A DNA stretch of 64,000 nt from Alphaproteobacteria bacterium (GTDB lineage: Bacteria; Pseudomonadota; Alphaproteobacteria; CACIAM-22H2). The stretch is from NCBI GenBank assembly GCA_035457725.1, contig DATIBC010000057.1, positions 3,258 to 67,257 on the forward strand, in the 5' to 3' direction. The notes beneath the pieces are model-generated. The model made no database searches. It was not told where the DNA came from and saw nothing but the letters and a program-made list of their open reading frames with translations. Shown in pieces: positions 41,725 to 50,154 of the stretch. Each line of letters starts with the position of its first letter. Within the stretch, counting starts at the first letter, position 1. The position numbers and the translations under genes are program-made.

Positions 41725-42501
41725 GTGATCGTTCTTCGACGCCTCGCCATTCTGTCCGCGCTCGCCATGGCCCTCACGGTGCCGGGGCTAGCGCTGGCGC
41801 AGCAATCGACTCCACCCCAATCCACTCGCCCTGCCGGAATGAGCCCGGCGGAAGTCGAGCGCATCGAGCAGGTGATCCGCGAGTATCTGTTGCGCAATCC
41901 GGAAGTGATCATCGAGGCGGTGCAGGGACTCGAACGCCGGCAGCGCGCCGACGCCCAGAAACAGGCGCAAGCGCAGATCGCGCAACGCAAGGACGATCTG
42001 CTCAACGATCCCGACTCGCCGGTGGCAGGCAATCCCAATGGCGACGTGACGCTGGTCGAGTTCTTCGATTATCGTTGCCCATACTGCAAGCAGGTCGCAC
42101 CGGCGATCTTCCAGCTCATCAAGGAAGACAAGAAGTTGCGCCTGGTGCTGAAGGAATTCCCGATCCTCGGCCCCGAATCGGTGGCCGCGGCGCGCGCCGC
42201 TCTGGCCGCCAGGCTACAGGGCAAGTATCTCGAAATGCATCACGCCCTGATGCGGATGCGCGGCAATTTCAGCCTTGAAGCAATTCTCAAGGCAGCGGAG
42301 GAATCCGGCATCGACGGCGCCAGGCTCAGGATCGATATGGAGAGCGACGGCGTAAAGAAGCAGATCGAGAAGACTTACGAGCTCGGTCGTGCGCTGAGCA
42401 TCAACGGCACGCCGGCCTTCGTAATCGGCGATCGGATAATCCCTGGCGCGGTCGATATCGAGACGTTGAAGACGCTGATCCGCCAGGCGCGCCAGGGCTG
42501 A
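41725..42501 (+). CDS. DsbA-family thiol:disulfide oxidoreductase
   Basis: The GTG at 41725 is preceded by AAGGGA. Signal peptide (ILSALAMALTVPGLALA), CPYC active site and a thioredoxin fold. Confidence 0.85.
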   Translation: MIVLRRLAILSALAMALTVPGLALAQQSTPPQSTRPAGMSPAEVERIEQVIREYLLRNPEVIIEAVQGLERRQRADAQKQAQAQIAQRKDDLLNDPDSPVAGNPNGDVTLVEFFDYRCPYCKQVAPAIFQLIKEDKKLRLVLKEFPILGPESVAAARAALAARLQGKYLEMHHALMRMRGNFSLEAILKAAEESGIDGARLRIDMESDGVKKQIEKTYELGRALSINGTPAFVIGDRIIPGAVDIETLKTLIRQARQG

Positions 42502-42504
42502 CGC

Positions 42505-43140
42505 TCACTCGGCGTCGGGCTGGTTCTCCGGCCGCGCGCGTTCGAACGCCGGCAACGCCATGCAGGCGTCGAAAATCCGCATCACCGTCGGGTAGGGATC
42601 GAGCGGACTGTCGAGCCGCTTGGCGTTGAAGATCTGCGGCACGAGGCAGACGTCGGCCAGCCCCGGCTGATCACCGTGGCAGAACCCGCCGGTGCCGGGA
42701 CGCTGCAACATCTCTTCCAAGGCGGCCAGCCCGAGTGCGATCCAGTGCCGGTACCAGTCGTCGTGCTGCGCGGTCGTTATGTTCAGCACGTTCTTGAGAT
42801 ACTGCAGCACGCGGAGATTGTTGAGCGGGTGGATGTCGCATGCAATGGCGAGCGCCAGCGCCCGCACGCGCGCCCGTTCGGGCGCCGTCTTGGGTAGCAA
42901 GGGCGGCGACGGATGGGTCTCCTCAAGGTACTCGATGATGGCCAACGACTGCGTGAGGACGACGGCTCCGTCCTCCAGCGTCGGAACCAGGGCCTGCGGA
43001 TTGAGTCTGCGATAATCGGCCGCGTTCTGCTCGTCTTTGCGTAAGTGGCGGAACGCCTGCGCGTACTCGATTCCCTTGAGGTTGAGCGCGATGCGCACTC
43101 GGAACGCCGCCGAGGACCGGAAATAACCATGTAATTTCAT
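42505..43140 (-). CDS. maiA: maleylacetoacetate isomerase (zeta-class GST)
   Basis: 211-aa ORF. MKLHGYFRSSAAFRVRIALNLKGI and NPQALVPTL match the conserved zeta-GST N-terminus. Confidence 0.88.
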   Translation of the reverse strand: MKLHGYFRSSAAFRVRIALNLKGIEYAQAFRHLRKDEQNAADYRRLNPQALVPTLEDGAVVLTQSLAIIEYLEETHPSPPLLPKTAPERARVRALALAIACDIHPLNNLRVLQYLKNVLNITTAQHDDWYRHWIALGLAALEEMLQRPGTGGFCHGDQPGLADVCLVPQIFNAKRLDSPLDPYPTVMRIFDACMALPAFERARPENQPDAE

Positions 43141-43278
43141 TGGGTTTCCGCCCGATCTTGAGAACCTAAGACGTCACCTTAGCAGCCCGCCGCATGGCTC
43201 GCCACGAAGCGCGGAAATAAGGATCGATTTTGCCGCGTTGTCGACTATTGTCGCTGCCACATTGGAAGTCGTCCGGCG

Positions 43279-45951
43279 ATGCTAAATCGCTCATTTTCCG
43301 ATTCCGCCGACATGGCACGCCGCTCCATCCTAGTGTCTCTGTTGTTGGTAGTGCTGGTGGCGCTAGCCAACTTCGTCCTGTGGACAGCCGCCAATCCGCC
43401 GCATGAGGCGCCCGATTGGCATGGCGTCATCGAAGGCGCGGCCTACAGCCCTTTCCCGCTCGATGGCGACCCAAATGCGCGCCACGCCACGGTCGAGGAG
43501 ATGCGCAAGGATGTCGAGTTTTTGTCGCGCCACATGCGGTCGCTGCGCACCTACAGCGTGCTCGATGGTCTCGAGCGGATTCCGGCGCTCGCCGCCGACA
43601 CGCGGCTCACCGTCACGCTCGGGGCGTGGATCGACAAGCGGCGCGAGCGCAACCGTCTCGAGATCGAGCGCCTGGTCCAGACGACGCGCGACAATCGCAA
43701 CGTGGTGCGCGTCCTGGTCGGCAACGAGGCGGTGCTACGCAACGATCTGACGCCCGCCGAGATCATTCCTTACATCCGCGAGGTCCGCGCCCGCGTACGC
43801 GTGCCAGTATCCACCGCCGAAACTTGGGGGACGTGGCTCGAGCATCCGGAACTCGCCGACGAAGTCGATTTTCTCGCGGTGCACGTCCTGCCCTATTGGG
43901 AGGAGGGCGCCACGACCGAGAACGCCGTCGAGCACGCGGTGGAAAAGCTGCGCCTGGTGCGCCGGACGTTTCCCGGCAAGCCGATCGTCGTCACCGAAAT
44001 CGGTTGGCCGTCAGCCGGGCGCAAGCGCTTCGATTCCGCGCCGAGCCTGGTGCGCCAGGCGCAGTTCGTCCGCGCGTTCCTCAGTTTCGCCGAGCAGGAA
44101 AACATCGAATATTACGTGATGGAAGCGATCGACCAGCCGTGGAAGACGTCGATCGAAGGCAGCGTCGGCCCGTATTGGGGAATTTTCGACGCGACGCGGC
44201 ACGCGAAGTTCCCGATGACCGGGCCGGTCCATGAGGTGCCGGACTGGCCGATCCTGGCCGGCTTGTCGATCGTTCTGGCGGCGGCGCCGATGTTGTGGTT
44301 CGCGTTCCGCTTCCGGCAAATGCGCTGGCCGGCGAGGTTGTTCTTTCTTTGCGTCGTGCAGGCGACGGCGACCGGCGCCGTCTACATCTACATCGTTTCG
44401 CGCAATCAGTACTTGACGCCCCTCACCTGGATCCCGTGGAGCTTCCTCGTGGCCAGCCTCGTCGTGCTGGCGGTCGTCTTCGTCATCGAGGCGTTCGAGA
44501 CCGCCGACGTCTTCGGCACGAGGCTCCGTCGCCGCTTCGCTCCGGCTCCGGGTCAAGGGCCGCGCGAATGGCCCAAGGTGTCGCTCCACCTGCCGATCCA
44601 CAACGAGCCGCCGGAGATGGTCAAGACTACGCTCGACTCGCTCGCCCGGCTCGACTATCCCGACTTCGAGGTCATCGTCGTTGACAACAACACGAAGGAC
44701 GAAGGCATTTGGCGTCCCGTCGAGGAGCATTGTCGGCTGCTCGATGAAATGACGCCTGGGCGCTTTCATTTCCACCATGTCGACCCGCTCCCCGGATTCA
44801 AGGCCGGCGCGCTCAACTACGCATTGACGAAGACCGCCCGCGACGCCGCGATCATTGGCGTGGTCGACGCCGACTACGTCGTCGAGTCCGGCTGGCTCAA
44901 GGCGACGGTGCCGCATTTCGACGACGCCGACATCGGATTCGTCCAGGCGCCGCAAGATCACCGCGACATCGCCGAAAGCCCGTTCAAGCGCATGATCGGC
45001 TGGGAGTACGCCGGCTTTTTCGACATCGGCATGGTGCAGCGAAACGAACGCGACGCGATCATCCAGCACGGCACGATGGTGCTGATGCGCCGCGCCGCCG
45101 TCGACGGCGTCGGCGGCTGGGCGACCTGGTGCATCGTCGAGGACGCCGAGATGGGCCTCAAATTGATGCGCGCCGGATGGCGTTCGGTCTATCTGCGCGA
45201 CAGCCTCGGCAAGGGGCTGACCCCGGACGGGTTCAAGGGATACAAGGTGCAGCGCTTCCGTTGGGCGTATGGCGCGGTTCAGATCCTGCGCCACTACTGG
45301 CGCGACCTGGTCTTCGGCGGCAATCTGACCAAGGGTCAGCGATATCACTTCGCCTGCGGCTGGGCGCCATGGATCGCCGACGGCGCGAACGTGGTCTTCG
45401 CCGGCCTGTCGCTGCTATGGACCGCGCTGGCGCTTTTCGTGCCTGAGCATTTCGTGCTGCCCGAAACGCCGTTCGTCGTGCCGGTCATAGCGCTGTTCCT
45501 GTTCAAGATCGCGCAAACCCTGGCGCTCTATCGCGCCCGCGTCGGCTGCGGCTGGCGCGAGCGGATCGGCGCGGCGATCGCCGGTCTCGCGCTGACCTAC
45601 ACCGTCGGCAAGGCGGTGCTGATCGGTCTCGTCACCTCGAAGCGCCCGTTTGCGCGCACGCCCAAGGCCGACGGCCGGCCGGCCCTGATCCAAGGTATCC
45701 TGATGGCGCGCGAGGAAGGTCTGTTGATGCTTCTGCTGTGGCTCGCCGCGGCATTGACCTGGCACTGGCATTCGGATTTCGACCCCGAAAGCCGGTTTTG
45801 GACGCTGGTCCTGGTTCTCACTTCGCTGCCCTACCTTGCGGCGCTATCGACTTCGGTCGTCGCCAGCTTCAGCGAAGGTAGCGGCGCCGGTGCGGCGCGC
45901 CGCCCGGAGGCCGTCGCGGCCGTCGCGCAGGCTCAGCGAGTGCGCGCGTAG
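43279..45951 (+). CDS. NdvB-like fusion protein: N-terminal GH17 beta-1,3-glucanosyltransferase domain plus membrane-embedded GT2 processive glycosyltransferase
   Basis: 890-aa ORF. GH17 catalytic motifs LVGNEAV and VTEIGWPS. Several TM helices. GT2 motifs VVDNNT, VDADY and QRFRWA (QxxRW). The architecture is as I recall for P. aeruginosa NdvB. Confidence 0.8.
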   Translation: MLNRSFSDSADMARRSILVSLLLVVLVALANFVLWTAANPPHEAPDWHGVIEGAAYSPFPLDGDPNARHATVEEMRKDVEFLSRHMRSLRTYSVLDGLERIPALAADTRLTVTLGAWIDKRRERNRLEIERLVQTTRDNRNVVRVLVGNEAVLRNDLTPAEIIPYIREVRARVRVPVSTAETWGTWLEHPELADEVDFLAVHVLPYWEEGATTENAVEHAVEKLRLVRRTFPGKPIVVTEIGWPSAGRKRFDSAPSLVRQAQFVRAFLSFAEQENIEYYVMEAIDQPWKTSIEGSVGPYWGIFDATRHAKFPMTGPVHEVPDWPILAGLSIVLAAAPMLWFAFRFRQMRWPARLFFLCVVQATATGAVYIYIVSRNQYLTPLTWIPWSFLVASLVVLAVVFVIEAFETADVFGTRLRRRFAPAPGQGPREWPKVSLHLPIHNEPPEMVKTTLDSLARLDYPDFEVIVVDNNTKDEGIWRPVEEHCRLLDEMTPGRFHFHHVDPLPGFKAGALNYALTKTARDAAIIGVVDADYVVESGWLKATVPHFDDADIGFVQAPQDHRDIAESPFKRMIGWEYAGFFDIGMVQRNERDAIIQHGTMVLMRRAAVDGVGGWATWCIVEDAEMGLKLMRAGWRSVYLRDSLGKGLTPDGFKGYKVQRFRWAYGAVQILRHYWRDLVFGGNLTKGQRYHFACGWAPWIADGANVVFAGLSLLWTALALFVPEHFVLPETPFVVPVIALFLFKIAQTLALYRARVGCGWRERIGAAIAGLALTYTVGKAVLIGLVTSKRPFARTPKADGRPALIQGILMAREEGLLMLLLWLAAALTWHWHSDFDPESRFWTLVLVLTSLPYLAALSTSVVASFSEGSGAGAARRPEAVAAVAQAQRVRA

Positions 45952-46940
45952 CGCACGACCTTCTGGTCGATCGCGCCGAAGATCGAGCGCCCGGCGGCGT
46001 CCTTCATCTCGATGCGGATGCGATCGCCGAATTTCATGAACGGCGTCGTCGGCCGGCCCGCCTCGATCGTCTCGATGGTCCGCCGTTCGGCAATGCACGA
46101 CGACCCGCACGCCGGATCGCGATTCGACACGGTGCCCGAGCCGATGATCGTGCCGGCGCAAAGGTTGCGCGTGCGCGCGGCGTGCGCGACGAGCCGCGGC
46201 AGATCGAAGTTCATGTCGACGCCGGAATTGGGGCGGCCGAAAAGCTCGCCGTTGAGCCGGCTTTCCAGCGGCAAGTTGACCTTGCCGCCGTCCCAAGCCG
46301 ATCCGAGCTCTTCGGGCGTCACCGCGGCCGGCGAGAAACTCGACGCCGGCTTGGCGTGGAAAAAGCCGAACCCCTTGGCGAGCTCGGCCGGAACCAGGTT
46401 TCGCAGACTGACGTCGTTGACCAGCATCAGCAACTTGACGTGGCCACGCGCCTCCTCGGCCGTCGTCGCCATCGGCACATCGTCGACGATCGCCGCGACT
46501 TCGGCTTCGAAATCGATCCCGTGCGCCTCGTCGAGCGCCGGGATGTCGTCGCAGGGCCCGAGAAACTCGTCCGAGCCGCCTTGATACATCAACGGGTCGT
46601 CATAGAACGACGGCGGCATTTCGGCGCCGCGCGCTTTACGCACCAATTCGACATGATGAAGATAGGCGCTGCCGTCGGCCCATTGATAGGCGCGCGGCAG
46701 CGGCGCCGCGAGCCTTGTCACATCCAACGCGAAGGGACAGTTCTCGCCGCAGTCGTGAATGCGATCTTCGTTGAGCAAGCGATAGATCGCCGCGAGCTCG
46801 CTGTGCAGGCTCCGCCAGTCGTCGAGCGCCATTTGCAGCGTTCGAGCAATGGTTGGCACCTTGATCGCACGCGACAGGTCGCGCGAGACCACGACCAGCG
46901 TCCCGTCGCGGCCGCCTTCCTTGAGCGTGGCGAGTTTCAT
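45933..46940 (-). CDS. fumarylacetoacetate hydrolase (FAH) family protein
   Basis: 335-aa ORF. MKLATLKEGGRDGTLVVVSRDL N-terminus and a C-terminal FAH fold (GTIIGSGTVSN). Its 3' end overlaps the convergent ndvB-like gene by 19 nt. Confidence 0.82.
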   Translation of the reverse strand: MKLATLKEGGRDGTLVVVSRDLSRAIKVPTIARTLQMALDDWRSLHSELAAIYRLLNEDRIHDCGENCPFALDVTRLAAPLPRAYQWADGSAYLHHVELVRKARGAEMPPSFYDDPLMYQGGSDEFLGPCDDIPALDEAHGIDFEAEVAAIVDDVPMATTAEEARGHVKLLMLVNDVSLRNLVPAELAKGFGFFHAKPASSFSPAAVTPEELGSAWDGGKVNLPLESRLNGELFGRPNSGVDMNFDLPRLVAHAARTRNLCAGTIIGSGTVSNRDPACGSSCIAERRTIETIEAGRPTTPFMKFGDRIRIEMKDAAGRSIFGAIDQKVVRYARTR

Positions 46941-47039
46941 GGCCGGAATGTCCCCCCGCGATTCAAGTTTCGAGCGCCCCCCACTTTGTACCAGACCTCG
47001 GTCCGGCCGCCATCGCGGCGGGCCCCCCCAGCGCGAAGT

Positions 47040-48185
47040 TCAGCCTTTGATCACGCCGCGGCGAATCTGATCGAGCTCCATCGACTCGAATAGCGCCTTG
47101 AAATTGCCCTCGCCAAAACCTTCATCGCCCTTGCGCTGGATGATCTCGAAGAAAATCGGCCCGATGACCGCGTCGGTGAATATCTGCAGCAACAACCCGC
47201 CGCCCTTGGTTGGCGCGCCGTCGATCAGGATGCGGTTCTTGCGCAGCCTGGCGAGGTTCTCGCCATGGTCTGGCAGCCGCCGGTCGACTAACTCGTAGTA
47301 CGTGTCCGGGGTGTCGAGGAATTTCACTCTCTTCGTCCGCAGCTTCTCGACGCTCGCGTATATGTCGTCGGCGCCCAGCGCGATGTGCTGGATGCCTTCG
47401 CCCTTGTAGAGATGAAGGAATTCCTCGATCTGCGATTTATCATCCGAGGACTCGTTGATCGGAATGCGGATCTTGCCGCACGGGCTGGTCATCGCCTTGG
47501 ACTTGAGGCCGGTCACCTTGCCCTCGATATCGAAGTAACGGATCTCGCGGAAATTGAAGATCTTCGCGTAAAAACGCGACCACAGATCCATTCGGCCGCG
47601 GTGTACGTTGTGCGTCAGGTGATCGATGTACGCGAGGCCGACGCCCTTGGGCGCGCGCGGCGCGGCGGGCAGCCAACGGAAATCGATGTCATAGATCGAG
47701 CCTTGGCTTCCATAGCGATCGACCAGATAGATCAGGCTGCCACCGATTCCCTCGATCGCCGGAATGCTGAGTTCCATCGGGCCGACCTTTCCCAGGAACG
47801 GCTTGGCGCCGAGCGCCAAGGCACGCCGATAGGCTGCGGCTGCGTCGCGGACGCGAAATGCCATCGCACAAGCGGATGGCCCGTGCACGCGCGCGAAAGA
47901 CTGCGCGAAGCTGTCGGGCTCAGCGTTGACGATGAAGTTGACGTCGCCTTGCCGATAGAGCGTCACGTCCTTCGAACGATGCCTGGCGACGGCAAGGAAT
48001 CCCATGCTCTCGAATAGTCGGCCGAGCGCCTTCGTGTCCGGTGCGGTGTATTCGACGAACTCGAACCCGTCGGTGCCCATCGGGTTGCGCGGGTCCTCGC
48101 CGCCGACGACACGTAAATGACGAGCCGCCCGGCGAGTGGGGTTCCGCCGTGTCGCTTTCGTGGGACGTCGGACGGCGTTACCCAT
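47040..48185 (-). CDS. hppD: 4-hydroxyphenylpyruvate dioxygenase
   Basis: NPMGTDGFEFVEY... and the C-terminal GEGIQHIAL...PDTYYE...IFFEIIQRKGDEGFGEGNFKALFESMELDQIRRGV are near-identical in pattern to Pseudomonas HPPD. The ATG at 48185 has an ideal GGAGGA 6 nt upstream and yields a 35-aa Arg-rich N-terminal extension. An alternative ATG lies at 48080. Confidence 0.9.
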   Translation of the reverse strand: MGNAVRRPTKATRRNPTRRAARHLRVVGGEDPRNPMGTDGFEFVEYTAPDTKALGRLFESMGFLAVARHRSKDVTLYRQGDVNFIVNAEPDSFAQSFARVHGPSACAMAFRVRDAAAAYRRALALGAKPFLGKVGPMELSIPAIEGIGGSLIYLVDRYGSQGSIYDIDFRWLPAAPRAPKGVGLAYIDHLTHNVHRGRMDLWSRFYAKIFNFREIRYFDIEGKVTGLKSKAMTSPCGKIRIPINESSDDKSQIEEFLHLYKGEGIQHIALGADDIYASVEKLRTKRVKFLDTPDTYYELVDRRLPDHGENLARLRKNRILIDGAPTKGGGLLLQIFTDAVIGPIFFEIIQRKGDEGFGEGNFKALFESMELDQIRRGVIKG

Positions 48186-48187
48186 GA

Positions 48188-48766
48188 TCAGTCCTCCCTC
48201 GCTTCTGCCGGATCGAGCCTGCGGAGGCGAATATCGACCTCGCGCTCGGTGTAGCTCCATTCCTCCGTCTCGCGCAGCCGTCCGACCAGCTCCTCGAACG
48301 CCGCGGCATGTTGCGGCGCGTACTCGAACCAGGTGAGAAAGTCGAACGCCTCGCCGAGGTCGCGGCAGTGGTACAGACGCCGGGCGATCGACGGCAAGTA
48401 TTCGAGCCCGATCCGGATGTGGCGCGAGCGTTCCTCGAAGATATACCGCCGCTCGTCTTGCGCCAAATCCCACCACGCGGCGGTCTTGCGGATCGGAATC
48501 AGCGCCGCGCGCGTCGCCTCCCGCCGGCCGAGCCCTTCTTGGCGCGCGCCGAGAATTGCGCGTTCGGCGGCGTTTACATAGCGCAGATGCCCCGCGACCC
48601 CGCTCAGGGCCCAGCGGACGCCAAGCGGTTCTTCGCGCCCGCGCGCCTCGACGATCGAAAGACGCGCGGCCGGCGGCAAACCGTCGCCGCGAACCGGGGC
48701 GGTGCGCTCGATCGCCCAATCACCGACGTCGCCGCCGACGAAACGTGCAAACTGAGATGACGACAT
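48188..48766 (-). CDS. chlorite dismutase family protein, short (lineage II, Nitrobacter NwCld-like) form
   Basis: 192 aa from the ATG at 48766 (GGAGAA SD). ATRAALIPIRKTAAWW, SRHIRIGLEYLPSIARRLYHCRDLGEAFDFLTWFEYAP. The His and the Arg 13 residues downstream match the spacing of the proximal His and distal Arg in functional Clds (from memory). Confidence 0.72.
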   Translation of the reverse strand: MSSSQFARFVGGDVGDWAIERTAPVRGDGLPPAARLSIVEARGREEPLGVRWALSGVAGHLRYVNAAERAILGARQEGLGRREATRAALIPIRKTAAWWDLAQDERRYIFEERSRHIRIGLEYLPSIARRLYHCRDLGEAFDFLTWFEYAPQHAAAFEELVGRLRETEEWSYTEREVDIRLRRLDPAEARED

Positions 48767-48847
48767 GACTGTTTCTCCACGGGCGGGCGATAGGGCATTC
48801 TGTTTGGCGCCGCGCCCAAGGCGCGCGCGGGGAAAAATTAGTTTCAA

Positions 48848-49378
48848 ATGAAACCAAGCCCAAGAACTATTTCGCGCCATTCCGCGCCTGCCGGTCTAAG
48901 CCGCGGCGACACAACGACATTCCTGCTCGAGCGGTTCCTGCCCTATCGGCTGTCGGTGCTGACCAATTTGATGAGCCGCGCCTTCGCCAAGAGCTACGGA
49001 AGGCGGTTCGGCCTCACCATTCCGGAGTGGCGGGCGATGGCGGTGCTGGGACGCTTTGCGCCTTTGTCGGCGAACGAGATCTGCCAGCGCACCGCGATGG
49101 ACAAGGTGCGGGTCAGCCGCGCCGTCACTCGTTTGAAGAAGGCGAGCCTTGTCGAGCGCTCCACCGACCGCTCCGATCGGCGGCGCTCGGCCTTGCGTCT
49201 GTCGCCCGCCGGCAAACGCATCCACGCCGACATCGTTCCCCTCGCCCGTGCCATCGAGGCCCGCTTCCTCGCCGGCCTGACGCGGCGCGAGATCGCCGCC
49301 CTCGATCGATTGGTCGCCAAGCTGATGACCCGGGTGACGGCGATGGAAGTGGAAAACGATCCGGCGGGCCAAACATGA
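48848..49378 (+). CDS. MarR-family transcriptional regulator
   Basis: 176-aa ORF with a winged HTH (LTIPEWRAMAVLGRFAPLSANEICQRTAMDKVRVSRAVTRLKKASLVER..DRSDRRRSALRLSPAG). It is divergent from the cld-hppD pair. Confidence 0.88.
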   Translation: MKPSPRTISRHSAPAGLSRGDTTTFLLERFLPYRLSVLTNLMSRAFAKSYGRRFGLTIPEWRAMAVLGRFAPLSANEICQRTAMDKVRVSRAVTRLKKASLVERSTDRSDRRRSALRLSPAGKRIHADIVPLARAIEARFLAGLTRREIAALDRLVAKLMTRVTAMEVENDPAGQT

Positions 49379-49438
49379 TCGGCGCGAAAGCTCATGGCAT
49401 AGTCGGCGCTTGGCGGGCCATCGGCCAGCCACCGCCCA

Positions 49439-50014
49439 TCATCCGAAAGCCGGCGTTCGCCGCCTAGCGCCGGCGCCAGCCTGGCCGATCACCGCAGCGT
49501 CGATCGGATAGCCTTCGTTCATCGCGCGAAGCGCGATCGTGGCGCTGGCGAGCGCGTCGGAGGCGGCATCGTGGTGCCGTAGCGCGATTCCCAGACGAGC
49601 GCACACGACCGGCAGCCGCGCCGGACGGAAATTCCAATGCCCCCGGGCGATCTTGACCGTGCACACGAATGGAACGGTCGGGGACGCGCGACCGGCGGCG
49701 CCCAGACATGCGCTCAACACGCCGCGGTCGAAGGCGGCATTGTGGGCGACGAAATAGTCGGCTCCTTGCCAATAGTCCCGGAACCCGTCCCACACTTCGG
49801 CGAATGCGCCTGCGTCTTCGACGTCGTTCCACGCTATCCCGTGTATGAAGGTGAACGCAAATTCCCGGCGCGGCGGCCGAATGAGGCGCGCCTCGCTATG
49901 CGCGATCCTTCCCCCTTCGATGATCGCGATCCCCAAAGCGCACGCGCTGTCCGCGCCGTGATCGGCGGTTTCGAAATCGATGGCGACCAGTTTAGCGCTA
50001 TTACCAGCTTGCAT
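49439..50014 (-). CDS. DEDD-family 3'-5' exonuclease (DnaQ-like domain, stand-alone)
   Basis: 191-aa ORF with ExoI VAIDFETAD, ExoII HNAAFD and ExoIII HDAASDA. Confidence 0.8.
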   Translation of the reverse strand: MQAGNSAKLVAIDFETADHGADSACALGIAIIEGGRIAHSEARLIRPPRREFAFTFIHGIAWNDVEDAGAFAEVWDGFRDYWQGADYFVAHNAAFDRGVLSACLGAAGRASPTVPFVCTVKIARGHWNFRPARLPVVCARLGIALRHHDAASDALASATIALRAMNEGYPIDAAVIGQAGAGARRRTPAFG

Positions 50015-50154
50015 ATCGCGAAAAGGTCCCGGTTAGCCACCAGTGACGATCGGCTCCGCGTACGCCGGCTGAATTGCGGCGAATCGCCATGACATTATGG
50101 GACCGCCCCGCCGATCTGTAACATTGCACGGCGACGCCCGGCCGCCGGTGTCGA

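Noticed and set aside
46941-47039. G/C-run-rich 99-nt spacer between hppD and the FAH gene (GGGGGGG/CCCCCCC runs) as a possible REP-like element.
   Set aside because: There is only one copy in the window and no clear extended palindrome, so this cannot be assessed without genome-wide repeat searching.
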